Origin: Tubulanus polymorphus
Lineage: Eukaryota > Animalia > Nemertea
Direction of reading: 5' to 3'
DNA length: 64,000 bases
Assembly (NCBI RefSeq): GCF_964204645.1
Contig: NC_134033.1
Coordinates: forward strand, 10,548,655-10,612,654
The notes under the pieces are model-generated. The model saw only the letters and a list, made by a program, of their open reading frames with translations. It did not search any database and was not told the origin of the DNA. Both the position numbers and the translations under genes were made by a program. Shown here piece by piece: positions 1-13,475 of this stretch (position 1 is its first letter; every line of letters begins with the position of its first letter).

Positions 1-102
1 TTTTTTACTATCTAACTTACTATCTATTCTCCACGTCAGATATTACTAGTATTGTATTAAAAATCCTTTGAGATTACGAAGCGAGGAACTTTCCTTAAAA
101 TA

Positions 103-422
103 AGCTGCGTTCACACTAGGATTTCAGTACGGTACTAAGCGTTCACACTAGGAAATCATTCGAGGCCTATTTGCGGCTTATTCAGTTCCGTACTGAAATA
201 CGCGGCTTATTAAGCGCGGAATACGATTCCGCGCCCAAAACCCGATCTGAGTACGGCACGGAGCTGGCCGCGTATTTTCTGTAGTGTGAACACCCGGCGC
301 TTAGCTAGCCGCGTATTCATATCCTTAAACACTTAGCACTAATTACACTCCCCTCTATTGGCACACCGGGTGACTACTATACTGGGCTTACTAAGTGCCG
401 AATTGCCGACTCGTAGTGTGAG
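103..422. mobile_element. Degenerate MITE / DNA transposon remnant (PIF/Harbinger-like end)
   Basis: Starts TA|AGCTGCGTTCACACTAGG. The GCGTTCACACTAGG motif repeats at ~138 and is inverted (TAGTGTGAAC ~282, TAGTGTGAG ~414). Right TIR incomplete. Confidence 0.5.
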
Positions 423-444
423 TATTTCTCGGTTTTATGTGTTA

Positions 445-524
445 ATGTATTGTTGTCCTCATTGAAAACATGAAGTGACCAAAAGACTAGAAATTTGAGT
501 CAAACTTTTTCCCGAAACTGGACC
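445..524. mobile_element. Truncated copy of the MITE at 45450-45570
   Basis: Shares TTGTTGTCCTCA(A)TTGAAAA(C/T)ATGAAGT(G/A)ACCAA and the terminal AAACTGG(A/G)CC with the 45450-45570 element. Confidence 0.55.
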
Positions 525-1257
525 ATGCCTATCTCAATGTTTGTTTATGTAATTTGTCCTACTTACACGTGTGTATTTTACACGTATGTTATACATTTCT
601 GCGCTCTAAGCAAATGCCTTTATGCTGAACAAAATAAACTTAACTGAACTCAACTGAAGAAGGAATAGAAAGCCCAAATTTGCTGAAAACAGATTCACAA
701 AATAAGCTTCAGAGAAAAATCGAAAGACACATTTTTCATCTCCTTCGTAAATGCTTTTAGAGTACGATCGATTAGGTAGATTATTTTAGAAACAGACATT
801 AAGAGACCGTTATTTCAGTTCCGTCTGGTCACAATTTCGAATCACGTATAAACATAAATGACCATTATTTATTCCAGAGGGTCTGAGTTCCGTCTCTAAT
901 CTTACCGACTGAATCTCTCTAAAATACTTTAGACGCACGACGTTCGACGTACGATTTTAGACGCGCGATTTTATCTCGACGGAAAATGTCGAGAAATCGA
1001 TCGCGATTGCGAAAAGAAGATACTCGATGACCCTCGAAAGCTTTTCGGCGTGAAAGGAATCGAAATGCGCGTGGAAGTTTCCAGACCTAATATATCACGA
1101 CTGATTCAACGGTTTATTTTGTTTATATTATCTTCGGTTCTGTTTTGGACATCGATAAGAAAGAGAGAAAAAGGTTGAAATTTATTGAATTCTCAATCAG
1201 TCTCTGTTCAGTGAACTGTGATGTTTGAGGTGTTGGCTAAATTAGAAACTTCCAGAG

Positions 1258-1368
1258 ATGAAATCGCTGATGACGCTTCGCTGGTTCGCGGCGTTTATTT
1301 CGTTCCTATTCTCGGCATTTTCTGAGCCACCGTTTCTTTGCCAGTTCCTCCCCGAGATATTCGACTAA
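1258..1368 (+). other. Small ORF (36 aa, MKSLMTLRWFAAFISFLFSAFSEPPFLCQFLPEIFD), possible uORF or micropeptide
   Basis: ATG at 1258, TAA at 1366-1368; basic N-terminus followed by a hydrophobic stretch. No homology recognised. Confidence 0.15.
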
Positions 1369-1704
1369 AGTTTGTTTGTTTATTTTTGTTTTGAAAGTTT
1401 TTCCTCGAATCGGCTTTAAATATCGGATAATGTCTGAAAATAAAGTTTCAATCAGAATTTGCATAGCTTTGTGGATCATCAATTCGACATTCTGGAAATT
1501 TCGTTGATAACTTCGATATTTTCATCGAAATAAATGAAACGAAGCTGTTTTCAGGTTTAAGTAAAAGACAATCAGCTAAAATCGGTTGGGCTTATTCACA
1601 GTCCCATGGTTGGGTTTTTTTTCAAATCGTTGTCCTCGTATAAACCATGAGGTTACCACCGAAAAATTGAGTTTGACTATGGGGTACCCGTAAAACCAGC
1701 TATC

Positions 1705-1717
1705 CCGCCAGATGGCG
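1705..1717 (+). promoter_or_regulatory. CTCF-consensus motif
   Basis: CCGCCAGATGGCG matches the bilaterian CTCF core CC(A/G)(C/G)(C/T)AG(A/G)(G/T)GGC(A/G). Confidence 0.4.
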
Positions 1718-3409
1718 TGACGAGCAGTGGGTCATCCGTTGTCAAAATTAGTTCATTTTCGATGAACTTTGAACTAGATATTTAGATTCCCGAATCCATA
1801 TATTATCACAGCACCCACCAAATATACAATACTTCAATTCTTCTACTCGGATATCGGTAAAGTTTTCACAAATAATTGATTCATTTAATTAAAGAGAAAA
1901 GTTCATCACCGGTAAATATCTGCATTTCATTTCCTATAAAATGGTGTATAAATTAAGTTAATCGAGCAAGAGACTGCAGAACTATATGATATTCAATCTA
2001 AACTTATGTTTTAAAAACGAGCGCAAATTATCGCAGCAATGGGGACCTCGAGGGACCGCCACAAAATGGCACCTAGAAACTGGAAACTTCTTTATCGAAA
2101 TGTAGAAGAAATCGAAAGCGGACGACCAACTATCTACTAGCGAACCTGGCGGACCCTCACTTGCCATAGGTAGAATCCTCGATTGCCACAGTAGCACCGC
2201 GGGTACCCCACTATCGTGAAACTGAACTCAGGATCCGGTTGTACGTTATTACGTGTTAGATCATATTTTGTCGTCTTGAGGCTGCTGGAAAAATACATTT
2301 TAAAAAGTATAATTTCATACGAATATTCCTAAGTTTTGCACGTAGTCTGGAAACATGTGTCAAGTGGTCGACACAAAATGATTTCCAATCGCGAGAAATT
2401 TTCTCAATAAATATCGCTTTTTCCCGAAAGCTATTAACATTTAAAACGGTTCTTGACGATTCTTCACTCGACCGTCGGAATGCTACGGCGTACTTTGAGG
2501 GCCGAGTGTTCTGAGTGCATTCTTTTGAAATCGCGCGGTTACGGAGAGACGTACGCGCGCGCGAACATCGGGTCGAGTGGAGCGAGAAAGTTTAGGTTTC
2601 TCCGCCGCCGCGATGTTATAATATCTTTTTTAAAATGCGTGTCACTAGAACTGCGGGAAAAAATAAACGCCCGGCGGGTTCGGCTTAGCTGAGAGAATTT
2701 GACGGTGAATCGTATACGCGAGAGTGTGGGGAAGGAGATGTCGCGCGGGTGTAAAATACTTGATGTCACCGAATAATACCGGAAATGATATTTGACGAGT
2801 AGATAAACACGGTCAAGTGAGTGCTCGAATCTTCAAGTTTCTCTGTAACATCGGGGCCACACACACTGTCACATACATAGTCACATACAGTGTTACATAC
2901 ATTGTTACATACACTTTTATATGTACTGACGCCCAGTAATCTTTGCACTAGGTAAAACACACATTTTCCATTAAAATCAGCAGAAAAGCTATGACAATGT
3001 TTTTTTTCTATTTCTTATTTCATGATTCCATTTCTACCAATTAGCAGAAAATGTGTAGCAATTTCCATTCTCTGGTTTTTCTATATCCCTTGACATGATT
3101 TCTGCCTCTGCATTTCCGCGTCTCACTCTCTTCCTTTCCCTCTCCATTTACCTCTCCCTCCACCTCTCCCCTGCCTCTCCTCTCCCCTTCGATCTCCCTC
3201 TCCCCTCCCTGTCTCCCATTCCCTCTTACTCTCCCTCTGTCTCGCGGCGCGGTGCGGTCACATATTGATAAATGGTCGTGCACTAATACTGACATACGCG
3301 TCTGATTTATGGTAATTTATGACCGTTATTGTGGAACACACATTAACTCATTAATCATTTGAATAAATAAAAAGCACGGAGATGAGACTGTGAGAAAGAG
3401 CTTTACGAC

Positions 3410-3665
3410 GTCTTAGTGTGTACCGTGATGTACCGTGTCGTACCGCGCTGTTCTGTGCTGTAACGCGCTGTACCGTGCCGTATCGCGCTGTAACGTACTT
3501 TACCGTGCTGTACCGTGATGTACCGTGCTGCACCGTGCTGTATACCGTGTTGTATCGCACTGTTCTGAGCTGTAACGTGCTTTACTGTGCTGTGCCGTGA
3601 TGTATTGCGCTGTTCTGTGCTGTACCGCGTCGTGCCGCGCTGTGCCGAGCCGTACCGTGCTTTAC
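3410..3665. repeat. Degenerate 5/10-bp tandem repeat (CCGTG/CTGTA)n
   Basis: TACCGTGCTG-like units repeated about 25 times. Confidence 0.85.
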
Positions 3666-4829
3666 TGACTATCTGTCCTCATTAGGAGAATACCCACACT
3701 CAAACGTGGGGAATACAGGATAAGAAGTGTCTTAGGAAGCCGGGAAAATACACGAGAAATCCTATTTCAGCCGAAATTGAAAAGTGCAATGAATATGTAT
3801 TGAAAAACATTTCATTTTTCGTTGGGTTTTTCGAACGTTTTTTTTTAGTAAATTCCTCACATCTGACGATGAGTTCGAATCTGTCTTTTAATTTCATTTT
3901 TTTAACTATTTGATGATATTTTGTACTTTTAGTTGGTTTTATCGAAATCTCCTTATTGCTTATAATCATCAACCTAATAAATGAATCGGGGCTTGATTGA
4001 TCGGCTATGCGAAAGGAATCCGTGGATTCCTAAACGATTCGAGTTCATTTCCTAATCCTAGAATCAAGGATGCTCTCATGACTCTAATGCCGAAGACAGT
4101 ACTTAAATTCGAGGGTCCTAAATATTATTCGATTCGGCATTCATAACACCACTGTTGAAACACACTCCATCGTAAAATCAAGCATCCCAAACTAGTAGGC
4201 AACTTCCGCGGAGACTAACTGAAATAAGGGGAAAATGGTGGTGTCAAAGTCCAGAAAAAGCCTGGAATTAGCGTGTTGAATTCCATTCGATATTTACAAC
4301 TGTTTAAATGGTTAATCATTAGACAATTAGACATGTAGAAATATGTAGACACATTTAGTGACAATAGATCTTTTGTTAGATGTATACAACTATTTATTAT
4401 ATTCGAGTGATACAATTGCTATTATTACTATTATAGATGACAGAATTGACCGGAACAATAACTATATATATAAATATATGGTCATTCAACGTCCAACTGG
4501 TGTTAGACATACATTGATATATGATATAACCATGATGCGCACAGCTGTTCACGAGCTGGTGATGGGTAACAGCTATAGTGAATTACACACGCTAACAGTG
4601 CCCAGCGGCAGCTGTGCTAGCATCACACGCAAGGCCGAGCCCGACCCGGCCTGGCGGAGCGGAGACACGCTGGACGCAGAAATTAGTTTCTGCTTCATGC
4701 TACGCGTGGTTCTCTGTGTGCGGGACCCCGGCTGGAATTGTAAACATCGCGGTGGCAATTTGAATAGTTGAAAAACTCGGGTTGAAACGGGTTGATGTTT
4801 TCCATTAAACAAACTTTTGAAAACTCTTT

Positions 4830-5175
4830 TGGGGAGAGGAAAAGTTGAGGCGAGAGATGAGAGGAGGAGAGAGGAGAGGGGATGAGAAAGAGTGAAAGCG
4901 AGAGGATTGAGAGAGTGAGGGCAAGGAAAATGAGAGGAGAGGGAAAGAGAGAGGCATAGAGGGTGAGACATAAAGAGAGCAGAGAGGGGAGAGTGGAGAG
5001 AGGAGAGGGCTTTGTGTATTAATGGACAGTTAGCCAGTGCTCTAGAGGGATAGTTGAGGCGAGGTATAAAAGAGGAGAGAGGAGCAAGAGAGAGAGAGAG
5101 AAAGTGAGAGATAGGAAAGAGGGGAGAAGAAAGAGGAAGCGAGAGGGGAGAGAGAGAGAGGGAAAGGAAGGGACT
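4830..5175. repeat. GA-rich low-complexity tract
   Basis: Polypurine GAGAG/GAGG runs; explains the S/L-rich ORF 4573-5190. Confidence 0.85.
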
Positions 5176-5653
5176 CGGCGCATTCCTCAAGTTAGTCAGT
5201 GCTCCAGTAAGAGATTCTACCTGTAAAGCTCAGGAGGAGATGAGCGGAGAGGATGAGGGGTCTGTGAGTGTATTCCTCAGATGGAGAGAGTATGAAGTGA
5301 AGAGTTACCTGAGCTGTGGGGCGTACTATACACACAGCAGCTCAGACGCCTCGATGACTGGCTGTGTACGGTATTTCTCATTATCCGAGGTTCGAGGACT
5401 TGTCTGCTATTGACAGCTGATGACACTTCAGCCAATATCAGCCCCGAACCCGCACTCGCTGCTCAGTGCAGCTAGCTACACACGCACCACCACGACATCA
5501 GAACCCACTGTCGGCTTCCCCGCAGCCGCTCTAGTGTGAAATTTACTTTTTTCGGAACGCACCCAATTCATTTAGTAGTTTGGTATAAACATGGATTTGC
5601 GTGGTCAAATACCCCCAAATACCCCAATAACTCTGACAGTTTCCTATCGAATC

Positions 5654-5923
5654 CAGATGCGGATCCATGAATTTTTCCAGAAGGGTTCATAAAAAATGTT
5701 AATCTTAAACTGCTGACTAAAGTCTCTAATGAAGGGCCTATACGGCATATTGTTTGGCCAAACATAATATGGTGTAGTACCGATTATGTGGTACTGTCAG
5801 CCCACTTTGTCTTGAGTACATTCATTCATGAAAACGATTTAAAAAACAATTTTTGGGTTGCTGAGTAGGGGGGTCACGACCCCTGAACCTACCCCTCCAC
5901 CTACCCCTCTGGATTGGCACCTG
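5654..5923. mobile_element. Possible degenerate MITE (hAT-like CAG-starting TIR)
   Basis: CAGATGCGGATCCA ... TGGATTGGCACCTG imperfect inverted ends with a subterminal GGGGTCACGACCCC hairpin. No clear TSD. Confidence 0.35.
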
Positions 5924-6859
5924 GAATCCATAGTTTCGTTGTTTGAACTGATATTCCGTAAAATAACGTGCCGCCGAGTACAGTAGAGAATCTGATTCAG
6001 ATATTTGAACCCGAGACAGATTCCGTGTTCGAACCGGAGACCAGTTGGTAACTGAGACCCGTGGGCGGCGGATTCCACGCGTTTGTAAATGATACACAAT
6101 CTATCGTCATATGAGAAAAAAGCGCCCGTTCTTTTCTGACGTTCTTATATTTTTTTCACCGAATCGATATTTTTCCCGTTACGACGCGCACGATAATTTG
6201 CTATTTCGACTGGACGCGTTGAACTGAAATTGATAATCTCACGAATTGATATCGGATCGAAAGAAAGATAGACGCGGGGACTGTATATGCATATCTGATG
6301 ACCGTCTGACCGGGGTTCGACGCGTGACACGCGAGGAACTGATCGGACATATAAAGAAACGCTTCCAGCTCCGGTTACGTACGGGTGGCGAACGGCGGTG
6401 TCACGTGACTGCAGTTTGACACCGGTTGACATTGTGTAGTTCGGTAAACGAATATCATAAAAAACAATATCGGATTTTTATAGAAACTGTAGGTGGGATA
6501 TATTGAACTCTAGGCTACAGAGAGAACCGCGGTGTGCGTAACAGACCCCAAACGCCTGGAGCCGCTTCCATAGTTGAGATAAGTTAGAAATGTTATTGAA
6601 TTTCAAGAATGGCCTTAAGTTGTTATGTTAAGGCGCCTTCAGAATTCAAACACCGGCTTTCGTTGGCATCCTTGCTGTTGTATTAAATGACATGTAATGT
6701 TAGACATTGTGACATACACTCTCTTACTTTGTTTCTGTATAATATTTACTTGTAATTCATTCAGAAATAAAGATGATAATGAAGGACTAAGATGGTCTTA
6801 GACTGGTCTTAAGTCTAAACCACGACTATGCAACCAGGCCCACAAGATATAACGCATCA

Positions 6860-7205
6860 AGTTTATCGCTAGATGTGCATTGCTAAATTTGTATATCTAT
6901 GGCTAGATGTACATCGCTAGATTTGTATATCCATCGCTAGATGTACATTGCTAGATTTGTATATCTATCGCTAGATGTACATTGCTAGATTTGTATATCT
7001 ATCGCTAGATATACATCGCTAGATTCGTATATCTATCGCTAGATGTACATCGCTAAATTTGTGTATCTATCGCTAGATGTACATTGCTAGATTTGTATAT
7101 CAATCGATAGATGTACATCGCTAAATTTGTACATCTATCGATAGATGTACATTAGATTTTTATATCTATTGCTAGATATACATCGCTAAATTTGTATATC
7201 TATTT
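6860..7205. repeat. 32-bp minisatellite (TATCTATCGCTAGATGTACATTGCTAGATTTG)n, ~10 copies
   Basis: Direct tandem repeats visible; the unit is built from two GCTAGAT sub-repeats. Confidence 0.95.
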
Positions 7206-8057
7206 GTATTTTGGTGACAGCTTGCTCGATTTCCAAAACTGACGAGCACAACTCCTTAAAAAAAAATTGCGTGTTTATTTTTAGTTGGTTAGACTAGTGC
7301 ATCAGTCCATGTATGTATATACTGTAGTCTTTCTGGATCCGTGATAATCCAAAATGATAATCGGTAAAAAGAGGGCGTGGACAGGCACCCGAGCTCGCGT
7401 TAATGGTTAATGGATACTGTTGAAGAGGGGAAGACAGAGACAGAGACAGAGAACGAGAGAGAGAGGTTTCAAATCCCTACAGAACATTGATCCGCAGTTC
7501 CCGCATATACTGATTGAATATAACTTCTATCTAATCTATAATACTAATACGTACCGTTGATGGAAGGAATGTTCAGGAAAGTGTTTTGCTGCTTGGTTTG
7601 GTTTGTGTTTTTGAGGTGTAAAAGCCGAATGTAATTTGATAATATTGTTCGTGTTATGTTGTTGAACGTTTACATGTTTTATGTCAATTTATCGTTCGAG
7701 TTTTTTTCTGATATGTTCTAGAAATTCTGAAACTAATATCTATCGATATCAATGTTTTCTCACTTCACCAGCGAACATTGTTGCATTAAATTTATGAATG
7801 AGTGATTGATATCATGAAAAAGTTAACTATCAGTTGAGTTCGTCGACATTTTTACTTTGTTTCTATCTTAATCCAATCCGGAGAACGAAATAAGAAAATA
7901 AAACAGGGACAAAAAATTCAATAATGCGGACCCGGTGGGTACCCAAAAATGGCGCCTGGAAACTGTAAAAAAGGCACATTGCAACAAAAGGTCGATCTTT
8001 TCGCAAATTGACTAATGAAATCGATATGATTAGTAATTTTTTTCGTTTATATTTCAG

Positions 8058-8117
8058 ACTGCCAATTTGGTCTGGTAGCCACAACGACCTTGAACTTGAC
8101 CGCGGGTCCGGCAGGGT
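8058..8117 (+). other. Candidate small internal exon (60 nt) of an unidentified host gene
   Basis: Acceptor TTTTTTTCGTTTATATTTCAG| and donor |GTAAGT. Length divisible by 3; open in phases 1 and 2. Confidence 0.45.
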
Positions 8118-8408
8118 GTAAGTCAACATTTCTAACCGAAATTCTGTACGATATCGATTGTAATAAACCGATCTAATTTCATCAGAGCGAAAAGCGGTCG
8201 TTATTATTTCTGTTAATGTTCAACGTCATTAATGACGTCAATGTGAATATAGTCTACTTCATGATCTTTTACTTCCAACGCAACAATGGCTTGCAAGTTG
8301 AAAGCAGGAACTTGCAATGGCAGTTTATTTTTGCGGAAACGGGAAAAAGTGGTATCTTCAAGGCAAGCCCTAGAGCCAAAATGTCTAAAAAGAAAATCCA
8401 CAATCCTA

Positions 8409-8764
8409 TAGCCGCGATCACACTAGTGTTTGTGACACGGGACAACTGTTCACACGGGTGCCAAATGGGCCCGAGCCTATTTGGCACCCGTGGCCTATTT
8501 TTGTACCCTATTTGGCCTATTTTTCGACCAAAAACGTCGCACCAGGCCCCAGCAAAATTTTAGCACGGGAAAAATGATTGCGTTTGAATTGCTGCTGGTT
8601 CCGGAAGTGATTCACTTCGCTTTGTTTAAGCATTGTTCAGTATCGAGTGAGTGGTTTACGTGTGAACGCTCTTTCTAATTAGGCACGGGCCGAATTCGGC
8701 TCGTGCCTGATCCGTGCCAATTTGGTCCGGGCCAAATCGTCCCCGCGTGCGATAACCACGGCTT
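8409..8764. mobile_element. MITE ~355 bp (PIF/Harbinger-like)
   Basis: TAT|AGCCGCGATCACAC ... GTGCGATAACCACGGCT|TAT imperfect TIRs; internal palindromes (CACGGGTGCCAAAT/ATTTGGCACCCGTG, AGGCACGGGCCGAATTCGGCTCGTGCCT). Partial copy of the right end at ~43030-43090. Confidence 0.65.
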
Positions 8765-9349
8765 ATAACCCTAGCTCGACCGTTACCCTAACCCTAGCTA
8801 AATATCAAACGAAATTTACCACCCAAATAAATAACAGGGACAATCCCTATTCTAAGATCAAAAACTTTAGCAAGAATCGAACGTGCGAACCCCAGGCATC
8901 GGCCAACAGTGATTAACTGAGTTTTTAAATCTATTTGGTCGGTGCGGTGACCAGTCAGTGTCGACCACAGTTTGGTGCGGTGACTCTATTCACTAACAAT
9001 ACCCGCTATCATTCTTCGATTATTTCTTAATTTTCATTTATGTCCCCTGTTTCTTCAATCTATATACGATATACATTCAATCAATTCGAACAGGTTTTTC
9101 TTTATACAGTCGCCGAAACATAAGAAATACACATTAAAAAACGAGGTTTTTTTTAAATGAATGATTTATCGTTTTCACGAATATAAATAACGACGAACAG
9201 AACGAAATTCTTTCATAATTGATACATCGTCTTAAACATCTGGAAATCGTTCATCATTTTGCAACTTATTTCATTTTTATTTCCGTTTACATTTTATTAT
9301 ACGACTGGTAACAACGTCGTGTTTTGTGTTTGTGTGTGGGGGTTTATGA

Positions 9350-9605
9350 CGATAATTTGAATTTTCAAATATTCTAACCGTTAGAAAACCGTTACAACAG
9401 CAGTCACAGTCGCAGGGGAACGCTGTAAACATGTGTTCCGCTACTTGGAACAATTCTTCGAACATCTTGCTTATAATGATGACATTTATTTTTTTATGGA
9501 GACGCGATATTACAGTTCCTAATTTGAATTTTAAAATATTCCGACCGTTAAAACCGTTATAACGGCGGCAGCAGTCACAAGGGACAGCTATAAACACGTG
9601 TCTCA
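9350..9605. repeat. Degenerate tandem duplication, period ~167 bp
   Basis: AATTTGAATTTT.AAATATTC..ACCGTTA.AAACCGTTA.AAC.GC.G.... occurs at ~9354 and ~9521. Confidence 0.75.
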
Positions 9606-10519
9606 CTTATTTAACTAGAAAAATATCGTGGTCGCTGTTACGAACGACGTAACGTATACACGTCCATTGTTCGAACGCTAGACGCCGTCGATGACATCAA
9701 TAACGCATTAAAATTCAAACTCAAATCATTATTCTTTTTTTTCAATTATCATTTCTCCGTTGAAAACGTCGGAAATATGTCGGCATCTTTTGTCCGCCCG
9801 CGCCGCCAGAAATTCCCGAATGGTCGACGGTAAAATGACGTCGAATATCTGCGGCATATTTTGCATTTTATGTTTAACGCGCACGACATATTACTATCGA
9901 TGTTTCAGCCCGTATTGCGCCAACCTCCTGTCAAACCACAGTACAAGACCGAGTCGACGATATACCGCACACCGGCGCGTTATAGCAGAACTCGCCGGTA
10001 TAATAATTCCATTGATCTGTAGTTATGGATACTAAAGAAAACAATTTGCGCGGAGTTATTGGGTTCGGCAGCCGATCGACATAGCGCTAATAAAATATTA
10101 CGATATGTAAATAGTATGAATATTCGCTGGGCATGCATATATAGATTGATTGATTGCGATGCTCAGGACTGACACTCAGATAGATTTATAGAGTAACATT
10201 CTGTCCTGTGTTTATCCAGCTGCTTACGGTTATTCGCAACATTAGCTTTATCAATTAGAATTACCCAAAATGTACGTATCAAAATGATATATCGTTAAAT
10301 ATCAGCAAAGCTTTGATATCTCAAAATTACTATTGAGAGCGAACCAAACGGGTCTTATTTGTTTAATATATGCCATAAGTTTAATCGAAGGATATGGCAT
10401 TCAGCGATCACAATAGCACTGAGGAAATTTCACCAAGAACCTTAGTGTCTGATGTACCACAGGGTATACACTAAGATCGTAGAGCGACGTAGATCACTGT
10501 GGAGACAGCCACACAACAG

Positions 10520-10790
10520 GACTGGGTGAATGTGGAACTGTGGATCTAAAGTCAAATTGAACCCACACAACTGTGGAACTGGGTCTAGAGTCAAATTAAA
10601 CCCACACAACTATGGAATCGGGCCCAGGGTCGAATTAAACTCACTCAACTTTGTAATTGGATCTAGAGTCAAAAATTAAACCCACACAACTTCGTAAACA
10701 GGATCCAGAGTCAAATTAAACCCACACTGTGGAACTGGATCCATAGTCAAAATAAACCCATGCAACTGTGTGGAACTGAGTTCAAAACAC
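10520..10790. repeat. ~38-bp minisatellite (GTGGAACTGGGTCTAGAGTCAAATTAAACCCACACAACT-like)
   Basis: About 6-7 degenerate tandem copies containing the MITE TIR motif CTGTGGAACTGG. Confidence 0.85.
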
Positions 10791-13369
10791 TCCAAGAAAC
10801 TTCATCCTAATTCCGAAATCAATGCATATGAAAATAAACCTTAAAACACTGTAAATCATTTGACACACTAAATGGAATTGAATTCATTTCAACTCACAAA
10901 TCGCCGCCGCCCAAATCTAAATCGTTTCAATTTAACATATATAAATAACTCAACGATATTGAATCGAAATTTTTTTCGTTACTAAAATTAAACTGAAAGT
11001 TATCGAATTTCGAAAAATCAGTCGTAGATATTTTCCCGGCGGATCGATAGAAATACAAATTGCATCGTGGTTTGAAAAATCTCAAGACAAACGTCTACAG
11101 CCAAATACACTCACACTGAACACAAGGTAACTCCCTAGGGGTAAATTTCAATATCGAATGGTCTTGTCTTTACTCGCAGCCGATACGATGCGTGTTAAGG
11201 TGGGGTGGGGGAAGAAACCAAGGCGATATTTTGATTATTGATTTGTAAGTTACGTATCGATTTTGATTAGTTACTTAGTTACGAGCCTACACATCAGCCC
11301 GATCAGTTACGTACTCAGCTGAACAGGAGATTTAGGAGTTTAGGAGTTGACGATCTATCGGTGTCAAGATATGGAGAGAGAAGAGAGAGAGAGTGAGGGA
11401 GAGAAGCGAATGGAGAAAAAAAGAAGGGCGTTGTTCTCTGAAAGCAGGAAACAGCTCGCACGTATAACTGGTACCAACCTTGCATGCATGCACGCATTGA
11501 CACGCACATACCCGCACGAAAACCACATCCTCCGCAAATATCGAAAACGAAATATATATTTCTAGCTCCGTTAGATTTTGAATATCAGTCCTAGAATGAC
11601 GGTGCCTATCCGTGCTGGAAAAATTTTACTTGATCCTAATTATTATCATTTCTATTCTATCATTATTCATCTTGTATGTTACAAAAAGGGCCAGTCTCTT
11701 TCCGCATAAAGTTAAGCTTTTAAGTGACAGCCTTTAGAAGAAATATCGGACTATTCTGGAGAAAATTTTTTAGTTGTTTAGGTAAAGTTAATAAAGCTGT
11801 GTTTGACTCGAGAGTCTCCTGTGGCAGGTGAAGGTTCAGGTGTTCTATGGCAAGTGAGGGAAGGTTTCAGTGTCTGTTGTGACAGGTGAGGTGAAGAGAG
11901 AGCTCATCGCCTACTGTGGTCGGCGAGGAGAAAGTTCATAGGCTGCTCCGGCAGGTGAGGTGAGCTGGGAGTTCAGCACCCTCTCTTCCTCCTCATAAGA
12001 GGAAGATGAATCTAGAGACACCGAGAAGGGGGAGGGGTACTCACCAAAAACAACATCGAGCAACACGACTATGATCCAGGATCCGGAGACATAACAACTA
12101 TACCTACTACAATAATCACAAATATTCCTCGTTGAACGCGGTTTTATTTAATCCATGATTAATTAACATGATTATTAATCCACAAACATTCGAATTTGAT
12201 ATTTCCCACACAAGAATAATATGATATGAAGTTTAATCCAAAGTTTTAATTAATTCGTAGCAGATTTTTGTAGCGTATTTTAATCCGGTGTGTTAGATTC
12301 ATTCGTCCTTTTTAAGGAACGTAGATTCCACTTTTTTAAAAATATTCCCTCTAATTCCACTTCGAGCTACCGTTAATCGCAAACACGCGTTCTGGTCACA
12401 GTGACATACCAAAGCCTGTAATAGCAAATTTAGGAATTATTGAATTCTGTCTAAGTTAAAGATTTCGATGGAATGATGAAATTCCTCACTATCAACTCAC
12501 CATTCTGAGGGCCCTAGACGTAATTCACAACCCTCGATTCTCCTAATCATGAACAAAACCACAATTCACAGGTGTGCTCAGTCAACCGGTATCCAAGACA
12601 TGTCGACTTGCGGCCATCTTTATTATCCGTTGGATTTTAACGCGTGAACACAGGAGTCCTGAAATGATACAAAAGTCGTTTCGATTAATCGACTTGTCTA
12701 GAAAAATATAATCCAGCATTCTATTACACTTTGAAATTAGCGAAAACTGAAGCATATTTTGGTGAAAAGGTTTTCGTACAGACCACCAAAATCTTGGAAT
12801 AAAATGAAGGATATTTGCGTATTCTGGCGCAGCTCTTAATTCGCCGAGATCCGCCGTGAAAGTGAAACCCCGATCGACATCAGTATTTTATATGTTGCCA
12901 GAAACACAATAGAAACCCATTTAAACCCTTTAAATTGTCCTAGCCTCTTGTCAAACGTACAATAGACCAAACCGTGTACGCAGGACATTTCTATTGAACG
13001 CTATTCAATACATTTCTATACACCATCAACCGACACAAAAACCGTTTATTGTATGACCATTGTTTTATTCGTGAATGACGCTTTTGATTTTTTTTTTTGT
13101 GTAAAATACGAGCATTGTTTTCGGGCGTGTTGTCGAGAGCTGTAAGAGGGTGTTTGACTTTTTGTATAGGTAGGTATGGCGGCGGCGGCGGTGACAACGG
13201 TGTGCGCATTTTATTAGTTATCCATAACTGCTCCACTCGACTGTGCACCGTTTGTGTTGAGTCGAATCATTTATCGTGTTTATTGCAAACTGCAAATATT
13301 GCTTCCCAATTGAAACTTAATTTTGTTTGAGTAAAAGTTCGCGCCTCTTTTGAAATCTAGTTAGCCTTC

Positions 13370-13475
13370 GGTATTCCGATGACCATTTGGATAAAGTCGA
13401 ACGTTGAATAAACCTTGCTCCAGGAAACATTTTCGGACTTGATATTATTTTGTTGTTATTTCGTGGGATTCTCTA
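13370..13475 (+). mobile_element. Degenerate single copy of the hammerhead repeat family
   Basis: GTATTCCGATGACCATTTGGATAAAGTCGAACGTTGAATAAAC...GGAAACATTTTCGGACT...GTGGGATT aligns with the 40.4-kb unit; catalytic core damaged. Confidence 0.7.

Noticed and set aside
4573-5190. S/L/P-rich or R/E/G-rich ORFs (also 17317, 35883, 35931, 36929, 38746, 53490)
   Set aside because: Products of GA/CT low-complexity tracts.
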